Shown here: in pieces, positions 24,152 through 31,949 of the stretch | Layout of the letters: each line of letters opens with the position of its first letter | How positions within the stretch are numbered: the stretch's first letter is position 1 | NCBI GenBank assembly: GCA_963704435.1 | Contig: OY969902.1 | Coordinates: 240,001 to 272,000 of the forward strand | Length of the DNA stretch: 32,000 nt | Origin: an uncultured archaeon | GTDB taxonomy: Archaea; Micrarchaeota; Micrarchaeia; Micrarchaeales; CABMGC01 | Reading direction: 5' to 3' | Program-made: the position numbers and the translations under genes | The notes under the pieces: generated by a model | Databases searched by the model: none | Seen by the model: the letters and a program-made list of their open reading frames with translations, nothing else | Told to the model about the DNA's origin: nothing

Positions 24152-26833
24152 TCACACAGTTTCTTCTATTAGTTCTATTTCTTTTTTATCAGATATTCCA
24201 TAAATGTTGTATACTTGTTCATTGATTTCTTTATCTATTCTTTGAATCTCATCTTTCAGCTCGATAGCCCTATTTGTTTTATCCTTTGTTTCCATGAGTT
24301 CATTATTTAGCGAAATAATCCTATCTACTAATTTTATAATTTGATTCTGTTTGGTTTTATCTTTTTTGATAGGTATCTGTTTTAAGTAAATTCGTTTAAT
24401 GTTAATATCGACAAAAAGTTTTCTAAACCAATAATTAATCAGGTTGGAATTTATTATTCCGAGAACATATTTAGTTGAATAGCCTAAGCTTTCGTCAATT
24501 ATTATATTATTTAGGTTTTGAAGAGTATAGTATTTTTGATTATCATAGGCTACAATAAGCCTTCTTGGTAATTTCAGATTTCTTATGAGTTGAACTAATA
24601 ATTTCTGCTCATTTAGATATACTCTCTCATCCCAACAGCCTCCGCCTGCACTACTTTTATCAAAATAAATATATTTGTTATTAAATCTCAGCCAGTATCT
24701 TCCAATATCTCTACCACTTAAGAGGGGTTTATATTTGCTATTTTTCTGAGTATCAAAAATACATTCTTTATTATTACGAGTTACCATACCTCTATAAACT
24801 TCTCCTATCTCTCCAAGAGGTATTGAACCTCTTTCTATCTTCTTCTTTATACTATCAAAGCGGTCATCTACAACTACATTAAAGGAGTAAAAGTTAGATT
24901 TCAAAAAGGATTTTTGATATATTTTCTTTTTATCTTTGATTTTCAACTGAGCAGAATTGCTGTCTCCAGAATAAAATGTAAGCTTATTCTTTAATCTAAC
25001 TTTTTCATCGGATTCTTTTTGGAGTATAAGTATACAGGTATCTACATTTGCTGATTTAAAGACGTCTTTTTTCAAATCGTATATTTGTAAGATTATGGTT
25101 TTATCAAGTATGAGTTTTCTAAGATTACAAAAATATTTGTTGTTTATTATGCTGTTAGGTATGATGAATCCTAAAATTCCACCATCTTTAAGCAAGGATA
25201 TTGCCCTTTCTATAAATAATGCAAAAAGGTTGGGATTAGATTCGGCAGATACATAACCTTTGTCAGATTTGTAAAATTCATATTCATCTGGGTTCTCATT
25301 TGAATATATGACATCGTATGGTGGATTTCCTATTATAATGTCAAATCCGCCATTGTCAAGTATCTCTTTAAATTTTGACCGCCATTCAAATGCATTTTCT
25401 TTTGCGACAGTTTCATCATCTATTAAAGAATTACCATTTTTGATATTCTGTTTTAAATCTGGTAGCCTGTGTTTTGTCTCTGCAATCCTCAATAATAAAT
25501 TAAGTTCGGTTATTTCTACTGCTTTTCTATCAAGGTCAACGCCAAATATGTTATTCCTTAAAACCTTGGTTTTATTTGTAAGTCTCCTTAAGATGTCTTC
25601 CTTATTGACATCTAATTCTGTTTGAGAATAATTTTTATTCTTCTGTTTATAACATTCATCAAGAAAATCAAATGCACCTAAAAGGAAAGAACCAGAACCG
25701 CAAGCCATATCTAAAACTTTTATATTTTCAATATGATTGGGCTTTTTATTTTTTATTGCATTTCCTATAGTATTTTCAACAATATAATTGACTATATATG
25801 TAGGCGTATAATATATTCCTTGATTTCTTCTGAATACTTGAATATTTCCTATATATTTTTCATACATAGAGCCTAATACATTTGCATCAATTTCATTGAA
25901 TTTATATTGATAAATATCGTTTTTATCATAGGTTTCTTTAAGTATTTTATAATATGTTTTGTTATCTATATTAACAAGTTCTGCTTCATGTCTCTCAGAA
26001 AAATCTGATTCGTTATAAGTAAAAAGTTTACTATCGTAAACTTTATCATATTCTTCAAATAATTTGTTAACTTTATCTTTTATTATGATATATCTATTAT
26101 TATCATACTGATTTAAAATTTCCTTTAAAGTTTCATCAGACTTTGCTTCAAGTTTTCTATCCTCTACAGTCCTAATAAATATTATTCTATTAAGTAAAAT
26201 CTGTGCGATTTCTTCCAACGCTTCATCTGAATGTGGTTTTTTATTATTCTTCTTGATGGAAGAGATTATCTTTTTACGCCATGATAGAATATCATTAAGA
26301 AGTTCTTCATCTATTCTAATAGTCTTTTTTATTCTTCCTTCCTCTTCGGCTATTTTATCTATCCGTCCTGTTTCAAAACTTTCTCTTGATAGAAGTAATA
26401 TGTCATCTAATTTTTCAATAAGTTTTTTGTAATTTATGCGCCTAAAGATATGGTTTATGAGTGATGCTTCTTTTGTATCGCAGATTAAAATTATAGTCTC
26501 TTCGAAGTTAGATAATACTGCCCACCTTTTATTTTTATTTCTTCCATAGTTCAATGCCTGAATTATGTCTCCTTCTTCGATGCTTTTGACCTTTTTTGTT
26601 TCTAAGAAAAAGGCTATGCTATTGTTTAAATAAAAAATATAATCAGGTCTTCCTTGTGGTTGATTCTTTTGTTCTTTAACTTCATCAGTATCATCCATGC
26701 GCCAACCAAGATAACCAAAAAGGGGTTCAACATATGCTCTACAGATATCTCTTTCTGATTCTTCACTATGGTCTTTGCTATCAAAGTCCCGAATTTTCTT
26801 AATTAGATTCTTCTTCAGAAGTTCTTTATCCAT
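24152..26833 (-). CDS. Type IIG restriction-modification enzyme: PD-(D/E)xK nuclease, N6-adenine methyltransferase and TaqI_C-like specificity domain in one polypeptide (Eco57I-like)
   Basis: N-terminal HsdR_N-like nuclease core GRPDYIFYL...AFFLETKK. SAM motif VLDMACGSGSFLLGAF. Catalytic motif IIIGNPPYDV. The C-terminal region (YWLRFNNKYIYFD...LGIINSNLINYWFRK...LKQIPI) resembles the TaqI_C target-recognition domain. Confidence 0.85.
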   Translation of the reverse strand: MDKELLKKNLIKKIRDFDSKDHSEESERDICRAYVEPLFGYLGWRMDDTDEVKEQKNQPQGRPDYIFYLNNSIAFFLETKKVKSIEEGDIIQALNYGRNKNKRWAVLSNFEETIILICDTKEASLINHIFRRINYKKLIEKLDDILLLSRESFETGRIDKIAEEEGRIKKTIRIDEELLNDILSWRKKIISSIKKNNKKPHSDEALEEIAQILLNRIIFIRTVEDRKLEAKSDETLKEILNQYDNNRYIIIKDKVNKLFEEYDKVYDSKLFTYNESDFSERHEAELVNIDNKTYYKILKETYDKNDIYQYKFNEIDANVLGSMYEKYIGNIQVFRRNQGIYYTPTYIVNYIVENTIGNAIKNKKPNHIENIKVLDMACGSGSFLLGAFDFLDECYKQKNKNYSQTELDVNKEDILRRLTNKTKVLRNNIFGVDLDRKAVEITELNLLLRIAETKHRLPDLKQNIKNGNSLIDDETVAKENAFEWRSKFKEILDNGGFDIIIGNPPYDVIYSNENPDEYEFYKSDKGYVSAESNPNLFALFIERAISLLKDGGILGFIIPNSIINNKYFCNLRKLILDKTIILQIYDLKKDVFKSANVDTCILILQKESDEKVRLKNKLTFYSGDSNSAQLKIKDKKKIYQKSFLKSNFYSFNVVVDDRFDSIKKKIERGSIPLGEIGEVYRGMVTRNNKECIFDTQKNSKYKPLLSGRDIGRYWLRFNNKYIYFDKSSAGGGCWDERVYLNEQKLLVQLIRNLKLPRRLIVAYDNQKYYTLQNLNNIIIDESLGYSTKYVLGIINSNLINYWFRKLFVDINIKRIYLKQIPIKKDKTKQNQIIKLVDRIISLNNELMETKDKTNRAIELKDEIQRIDKEINEQVYNIYGISDKKEIELIEETV

Positions 26834-26836
26834 AGT

Positions 26837-27352
26837 CTAATCCCTTCGTGTTAAGAGATATGCCCCAAGTCCAATTGCCAAAATTCCAGCTATGCCTATT
26901 GCAATTTTCTTATTTCTATCATCAGTTTCTTTTTGTTTTACTTCATTCGCTATTTCAGAAGATAAACTTTTCAACTGAGTTAATACATTAATTAATTCAG
27001 GAATATTCGTTCTATTAAATTCATATGATGTGGATTTAAATCTTGCTGGTTTAGGAACATCTATTCCTCTTTCTGTAAACACATAGGCAGGACGATTAAA
27101 AGCATGTATTACTCCTAATTCCCACATTACCATATCACGTGTATTTTTATTTTCTATTACATTTTTCGTTATAAAAATAAATGCACTATGTGAATTATAG
27201 ATAGCTCCTATGAGTTTTTCGTGTAATGGACTCGGCTCTGCTGGTTGTAGTTCAGCAAGATATGGAAAGATATTTCCATTTTCAATTTGTGAAACTAAAG
27301 CAGTTATATCTAAATCATCTGAACTATGCGAAATAAAAATTTGAATGGCCAT
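26837..27352 (-). CDS. TIR-like domain protein with a C-terminal transmembrane anchor
   Basis: The start MAIQIFISHSSDDLD matches the TIR beta-A/BB-loop pattern (FISHS..D). A conserved-type Glu lies in VMWELGVIHA. The C-terminal hydrophobic helix IAIGIAGILAIGLGAYLL is followed by TRRD. The stop is 3 nt before the R-M start. Confidence 0.6.
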   Translation of the reverse strand: MAIQIFISHSSDDLDITALVSQIENGNIFPYLAELQPAEPSPLHEKLIGAIYNSHSAFIFITKNVIENKNTRDMVMWELGVIHAFNRPAYVFTERGIDVPKPARFKSTSYEFNRTNIPELINVLTQLKSLSSEIANEVKQKETDDRNKKIAIGIAGILAIGLGAYLLTRRD

Positions 27353-27353
27353 G

Positions 27354-27521
27354 CTATTCCTCTGGTTCTTTCCAGCCTTGCGCTTCTATCTCATCGTCTA
27401 ATGCTTTCTGCACAAAACGAGATAGGTTAATGCTTTTTGCCTCGATAAATCGCTGATGCTTAGGCAATAAAGTAATAGTCTTGGGTATCGCCCTTTCTAT
27501 TGGTTTTCTTTGTTTTCCCAT
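27354..27521 (-). CDS. Unlisted 55-aa ribbon-helix-helix (CopG/Arc-like) protein (MGKQRKPIERAIPKTITLLPKHQRFIEAKSINLSRFVQKALDDEIEAQGWKEPEE)
   Basis: Hand translation of the minus strand, from ATG at 27521-27519 to TAG at 27356-27354. A beta-strand (KTITLL) followed by INLSRFVQKALDDEI fits the RHH pattern. The stop is 1 nt before the TIR gene ATG (27352). Confidence 0.55.
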   Translation of the reverse strand: MGKQRKPIERAIPKTITLLPKHQRFIEAKSINLSRFVQKALDDEIEAQGWKEPEE

Positions 27522-27524
27522 GTT

Positions 27525-27578
27525 ATACGTATTATACGCAAAGCTATATATACCTATTCATTCGTAATACGTATTATA
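27525..27578. promoter_or_regulatory. Two identical 12-mers ATACGTATTATA (each with the palindrome ATACGTAT), 42 bp apart, in the divergent promoter region
   Basis: Copies lie at 27525-27536 and 27567-27578. They flank a CTATATATAC TATA-like box (27544-27553), between the RHH start (27521) and the likely transposase start (27603/27609). Confidence 0.35.
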
Positions 27579-27602
27579 AGTGTAATAAGTAAGGTGCGAT
27601 GT

Positions 27603-28799
27603 ATGGATATGAGAAGGATAAAGGGACAACAGATAGCGCAGACTTGTCAGATACAGAAGAAAGACGAATACAATTGGATAGTGCCGAGCCAGTCGGGGAG
27701 AAGTAGTTATAGGGTAAGCCACTATGGAAAGGACTTCAAGTGCAACTGCCCTGACTACGAGCTAAGGCAACAGCCATGCAAGCATGTCTACGCAGTCATG
27801 GAGATAGTCCTAAAGTGGTTAGACAAGCAGGGAAACGAAACTACAATGACAATAAAGAAGAAAGTCTATTCGCAGGATTGGCATCAGTATAACATAAATC
27901 AGGAACAGGAGAAAGGCAAGTTTATGGAACTGCTGAAAGACCTATGCCAAGAAGTGCCAGAACCGCCATACGTATTCGGAAGACCTACCATAGCCATAAG
28001 GGATTTGCTGTTTTCTTCAACCTTAAAGGTCTATTCTCAATTCTCTTTGAGGAGATTTAAGTCCGATTTGGGAATAGCAAAAGAGAAGCAATTGATAGGG
28101 CAATTGCCTTCAAGGTCTGCGATAAGCGAGTTCATGCAGAGCGAGGAAACAACTCCAATTCTTAGCAGATTGATACAGCTATCGGCGTTGCCTTTAAGGA
28201 GCGTAGAGAAGGACTTTGCAGTAGACAGTAGCGGATTTAGGACTACGAAGTTTAGTGAATATTGCAGAGAAAAGCACAACACGAAACAGCACCATGAATG
28301 GATTAAGTGCCACGTAATGACAGGCGTTAAGACCAACATCATAACTGCCGTAGAAGTGGGTTTTGAGAATGATGCAGACAGCCCTAAGTTTATACCTCTT
28401 GTAAATGCAACTGCCAATGTGGGTTTTGATATGGAAGAAGTGTCTGCTGATAAAGCCTACAACTCGATAGAGAACTACAACGCAGTTCAGGCAGTAGGCG
28501 GAATTGCATACATACCTTTCAAGAGCAATGCGACTGGGCAGTCCAACAGAACCAATGGCAATAAGGCAAGGTTGTGGCGCAAGATGTTCCACTACTTCCA
28601 GCTTAACCAAGATGAGTTCTTGGAGCATTACCATAAGAGAAGCAACGTGGAAACGACGTTCTTTATGATAAAGGCGAAGTTCAATGATTTGCTGAAAAGC
28701 AAAACGAGAACGGCACAGATGAATGAGTTGTTGCTAAAGATTCTGTGCCATAATATTGTAGTCGTAAATAACGAAATTAACAACATAAAATTAACTTAA
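27603..28799 (+). CDS. DDE transposase (IS4/IS5-like C-terminus) with an N-terminal SWIM zinc finger
   Basis: SWIM motif CNCPDYELRQQPCKHVYAV (CxCx10CxH). DDE-type blocks FAVDSSGF and VSADKAYNS. The C-terminal signature is KRSNVETTFFMIKAKFNDLLKSKTRTAQMNELLLKILCHNI. The track ORF starts at 27510, but that extension overlaps the RHH gene and the promoter, so Met32 or Met34 (27603 or 27609) is preferred. Confidence 0.7.
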   Translation: MDMRRIKGQQIAQTCQIQKKDEYNWIVPSQSGRSSYRVSHYGKDFKCNCPDYELRQQPCKHVYAVMEIVLKWLDKQGNETTMTIKKKVYSQDWHQYNINQEQEKGKFMELLKDLCQEVPEPPYVFGRPTIAIRDLLFSSTLKVYSQFSLRRFKSDLGIAKEKQLIGQLPSRSAISEFMQSEETTPILSRLIQLSALPLRSVEKDFAVDSSGFRTTKFSEYCREKHNTKQHHEWIKCHVMTGVKTNIITAVEVGFENDADSPKFIPLVNATANVGFDMEEVSADKAYNSIENYNAVQAVGGIAYIPFKSNATGQSNRTNGNKARLWRKMFHYFQLNQDEFLEHYHKRSNVETTFFMIKAKFNDLLKSKTRTAQMNELLLKILCHNIVVVNNEINNIKLT

Positions 28800-29320
28800 A
28801 CTTTCTTTTGACTCTGTCTTTTTATAAACTCAGCTCTATATAGACCATATCTCATAATTGTCCCGATAGTTAGCAATACAGCAAATACTGCATAGGAAGT
28901 AAAGAAGGTAGAGAAAAAGAATAGCAGAATATTTTCTATGAGATTTGATGAAACATTTACAAAAATAGAAGAGACTATATCTATAGAAATGCTCACTCCT
29001 GCTAAAATTGATGAATACCAAAAAATGAATAATAAGCTATCGTAAATCTTGTTCTCTCTTAATAATGAAACGAAATCATTATCTGACATTGATACGAGTA
29101 TTGTCAAAGATGCAATAACAATTGCTATCATACCCGAAGCTATTGTAGCGTATATTGGTGATATAACTTTGAGTAAAGTTATTACCAATCCTGACTGATA
29201 ACTTATACTGGTAAAAATAATGGCAAGTGCCAATGCTAAAAGAAAATCAACAGAAGTAATTAACTTTGTTAGCTTATATTTCCTAAGCATAGCAAAGAAA
29301 GTCGTATCTTCGTATCTCAT
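28796..29320 (-). CDS. Small integral membrane protein (about 4 TM helices)
   Basis: Hydrophobic segments: VDFLLALALAIIFTSISY, IYATIASGMIAIVIASLTILVSM, LLFIFWYSSILAGVSISIDIVSSIFV and ILLFFFSTFFTSYAVFAVLLTIGTIM. The ATG overlaps the upstream gene stop (ATGA). Its stop overlaps the convergent transposase stop (TTAA). Confidence 0.65.
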   Translation of the reverse strand: MRYEDTTFFAMLRKYKLTKLITSVDFLLALALAIIFTSISYQSGLVITLLKVISPIYATIASGMIAIVIASLTILVSMSDNDFVSLLRENKIYDSLLFIFWYSSILAGVSISIDIVSSIFVNVSSNLIENILLFFFSTFFTSYAVFAVLLTIGTIMRYGLYRAEFIKRQSQKKV

Positions 29321-29871
29321 TTCTTTTCCTCCCCTTTGAGATATTTCTTAAATCTGGTTAGCAATATCTTGATTAAATTGTCTGATTTTTTAAGTGGGAT
29401 TGTCTCTCGTATAATATTATCTTTTGAAGAGATGGTCTGTGTTCCTTCTCCTTCCACTCTTGCCTTATAAGCTCCATAACCCGCATCACTTAAACCAATA
29501 GCTTCTCTTACAATTCCACCTTCTGCTTGGACATTTAATCCTTCTGGATTGTCAAATTGCATTTTGCCATCTTCTATTCCAGATTTATGAAACATTTCAT
29601 CTAATTTTTTGAATATTTCTTTATCATCAGGATTTGAGGGTATGAGCTGAAAAGTTACTCTGACTACTTTTTTATCTTTGAGCATAGTGAATACTCTGCC
29701 TTCTTCCACCATGAGACGTATTTTCATTGCAGTTAAATCAGGAAAATAAGAGAGATAAGAATTTTCAAATATCTTAACGAACTTCTCTATCTTTATATCT
29801 GGCCTTCTCTCTTCAAATATGATGGTCTGCGTTTTTGGATGTATTATGAAGTTGGAGGCTTTGTTTAACAA
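29317..29871 (-). CDS. Hypothetical soluble protein (184 aa), translationally coupled to the membrane protein
   Basis: ORF in the roughly 30% GC block. There is a 4-nt ATGA overlap with the downstream gene. The listed start is TTG at 29871, and the first in-frame ATG is only at codon 49, so the N-terminus is uncertain. No family recognised. Confidence 0.5.
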   Translation of the reverse strand: MLNKASNFIIHPKTQTIIFEERRPDIKIEKFVKIFENSYLSYFPDLTAMKIRLMVEEGRVFTMLKDKKVVRVTFQLIPSNPDDKEIFKKLDEMFHKSGIEDGKMQFDNPEGLNVQAEGGIVREAIGLSDAGYGAYKARVEGEGTQTISSKDNIIRETIPLKKSDNLIKILLTRFKKYLKGEEKK

Positions 29872-29930
29872 GTCAAAATCTGTTTGATATGTTCTGGATT
29901 CTGTTTAAAAAGTCAGCCTTCAGTTAGTTC

Positions 29931-30404
29931 TCAAATTGACAATGCGCCCATGCTCTTTGCAGTATCTATCTTAATTCCTAATTCCCTCAAAATAGACATG
30001 CCTATTATTGGGTGATTCTGAGTTATGGTTTTCCCATCCTCTCCAGCAGCATCGCACTGATCTGCCTTATCGCATACCGTACATATGAAATAAATTTCCT
30101 TCGAGAGAATTCTGATTTTGCCATAGAAGTTATTCGGTTTACAATTGCGTTTCACACGGTCATCAACAAACCAAGTCTCAGCTCTATCATCTGTTGGGCA
30201 CAAACCAATCTCTTTAGCTAACTCTTCTGGAATAAGGGATATCTGTGCTCCAGTGTCTATGAATGCTAAGACTTTACGGCTCCCTGAGGAGCCCGTTAAT
30301 TCTACCCATTCATGAACTTTAAATGCAGTAGTAGAACCCTCTCTGGCTAAGGTGCTGCGGTAGCTTTCCAGAACTCTCTCCTTGGTTTCGTTTGTGCATT
30401 CCAT
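29931..30404 (-). CDS. Retropepsin-like (clan AA) aspartic protease domain protein
   Basis: VLAFIDTGAQISLIP carries the D-T-G-A active-site motif in a hydrophobic context. The C-terminal HPIIGMSILRELGIKID matches the retropepsin I-I/L-G-x-D/S-x-L motif. An inserted Cys cluster is present (CKPNN...CTVCDKADQC). Confidence 0.6.
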   Translation of the reverse strand: MECTNETKERVLESYRSTLAREGSTTAFKVHEWVELTGSSGSRKVLAFIDTGAQISLIPEELAKEIGLCPTDDRAETWFVDDRVKRNCKPNNFYGKIRILSKEIYFICTVCDKADQCDAAGEDGKTITQNHPIIGMSILRELGIKIDTAKSMGALSI

Positions 30405-30470
30405 AGCATTCCCATTTTACTAATAGCTAAAAGATTAATATTTTGAGAGCATAGTCAAAGCGATACTTCT

Positions 30471-30839
30471 ATGGATAACCTTACAAAGTCGCAAAGGAGC
30501 CATGTGATGTCAACCATAAGAAGCAGGAACACGGCCCCAGAGTTGCGCATCAAGAAGCTGATGCAGGCGTTAAACTTTCGCTACCAGCCAAAAGGCATCT
30601 ATGGAAAGCCTGACTTCGCAAACAGGAAGGAGAAAATAGCGGTGTTCATCGACGGGTGCTTTTGGCACGGATGTCAGATACACTACAAGACTCCTACGAG
30701 CAACGTGGATTTCTGGAAAAGAAAAGTGAGCACGAACATCAAGCACGATAGGAAAGTCTCGTATGTGCTGAGGGTGGAAGGATGGAGAGTCATCAGAATA
30801 TGGGAGCATTCTATAACTGCGCTTGAGTCTAAGGATTGA
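30471..30839 (+). CDS. vsr: Very short patch repair endonuclease (Vsr)
   Basis: SHVMSTIRSRNTAPELRIKKLMQALNFRY...GKPDFANRKEKIAVFIDGCFWHGC...VIRIWEH matches Vsr family signatures. Confidence 0.85.
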   Translation: MDNLTKSQRSHVMSTIRSRNTAPELRIKKLMQALNFRYQPKGIYGKPDFANRKEKIAVFIDGCFWHGCQIHYKTPTSNVDFWKRKVSTNIKHDRKVSYVLRVEGWRVIRIWEHSITALESKD

Positions 30840-30852
30840 GCCAATCCAGGGA

Positions 30853-30860
30853 TTTAAATA
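30853..30860 (+). promoter_or_regulatory. Canonical archaeal TATA box TTTAAATA upstream of the cytosine methyltransferase gene
   Basis: TTTAAATA ends 30 nt before the ATG at 30891. This is consistent with a TSS a few nt upstream of the start codon. Confidence 0.4.
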
Positions 30861-30890
30861 TCTTGACTTCTACAACCAACTGTGTGAGCT

Positions 30891-31949
30891 ATGCACTCCA
30901 AGGGTACTGCTGTAGATCTCTTTTCTGGGGCAGGGGGTGCAAGCGAGGGGATTGAGCAGGCAGGTTTTGAAGTGGCTGCCGCCAACGAGATAAATGCACA
31001 TGCCGCACTTACCTACAAGTTCAACCATCCAGACACCGAGCTGATACAGAAAGATGTGAGGAAACTCACTTCGAAAGAGCTGCTCAGGACAGTAAATAGG
31101 ATTGATTTGCTCTTTGCAGGGATTCCATGCCAAGGGTTCTCGAACGCAGGCAGGAAAGACACGCACGACCGCAGAAACTATCTCTTTCGTGAAGTCATAA
31201 GGCTGGCACGTGAAATAAAGCCACCCTTTGTCCTCATCGAGAACGTAGCTGGGTTGCTTGCGCAGAGAAATCGACCTTTTCTCGGTCTGATTGAAGCGGG
31301 CATGAAGCGGACGGGGTACACCGTCTCACACAGATTGTTCGACACATCGGAATTCGGGGTTCCGCAGAGAAGGAGGCGGATTCTGATATTGGCATCTCAG
31401 GATAAAGATGTAACACTGGAATCTTTTAGCTGGAAAAGTCCAGAGGTTGTATCAGTAATGGGGGCTATCGGCGACCTCGATTTCCTGGACCACGGCATTG
31501 CAGCAGAATATCTTAAACTTCCAAGGACACTTTATCAGAAAAAAATGCGTGGAAGCCAAAAGGAGTTATGGAACCACGAAACAGCAAGGCATTCGAGAAA
31601 GGTGGCGAGAAGATTTTCAATCTTGAGGGAGGGAGAGGTGATGCGTACTGCGCTCCCGCGAAGCAGGACAAGGAAGATATACACCGTCAAGCTTCAGGGT
31701 GGAGAGCTATCACCCACAATGACAACTATGCCAGACGACTATGTTCATTATGCACTACCGAGGACGCTCACGGTGAGAGAGATGGCAAGATTGCAGTCCT
31801 TTAGAGATTCATACCTCTTCCTTGGCCCAAGGACCACAGGCGGCACGTTGAGGAGGATGAGCGTCCCTCAGTACACGCAGGTCGGAAATGCCGTGCCGCC
31901 ACTCTTTCTGAAGCAAATTTGCCTTTTGTTGGCGAAAACAATGAGCTAA
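30891..31949 (+). CDS. dcm: DNA (cytosine-5)-methyltransferase
   Basis: Motif I is VDLFSGAGGASEG and motif IV is GIPCQGFSNAG. Motif VI is LIENVAGL, motif VIII is QRRRRILILA, and motif X is QVGNAVPP. Confidence 0.9.
   Translation: MHSKGTAVDLFSGAGGASEGIEQAGFEVAAANEINAHAALTYKFNHPDTELIQKDVRKLTSKELLRTVNRIDLLFAGIPCQGFSNAGRKDTHDRRNYLFREVIRLAREIKPPFVLIENVAGLLAQRNRPFLGLIEAGMKRTGYTVSHRLFDTSEFGVPQRRRRILILASQDKDVTLESFSWKSPEVVSVMGAIGDLDFLDHGIAAEYLKLPRTLYQKKMRGSQKELWNHETARHSRKVARRFSILREGEVMRTALPRSRTRKIYTVKLQGGELSPTMTTMPDDYVHYALPRTLTVREMARLQSFRDSYLFLGPRTTGGTLRRMSVPQYTQVGNAVPPLFLKQICLLLAKTMS

Noticed and set aside
23100-24160. Search for a tRNA gene, an integrase or matching direct repeats marking an integration site at the left island border.
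   Set aside because: I found no cloverleaf-like sequence (no GTTCGAATC/GTTCAAATC-type T-arm) and no integrase motifs. The triple repeat has no second copy elsewhere in the window. The integration mechanism remains unknown.
27510-27602. N-terminal 31-codon extension of the transposase ORF (MFSHVIRIIRKAIYTYSFVIRIISVISKVRC).
   Set aside because: It overlaps the start of the minus-strand RHH gene and the AT-rich promoter and operator region, and it is low-complexity Ile/Arg sequence. The Met at 27603 or 27609 is a more plausible start.
27542-28846. AGCTATATATACC (27542-27554) against AGCTCTATATAGACC (28832-28846) as possible termini of the SWIM-transposase element.
   Set aside because: The match is short, gapped and made of near-palindromic TATA-type sequence, which is common in this AT-rich block. 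It cannot be distinguished from chance without other copies.
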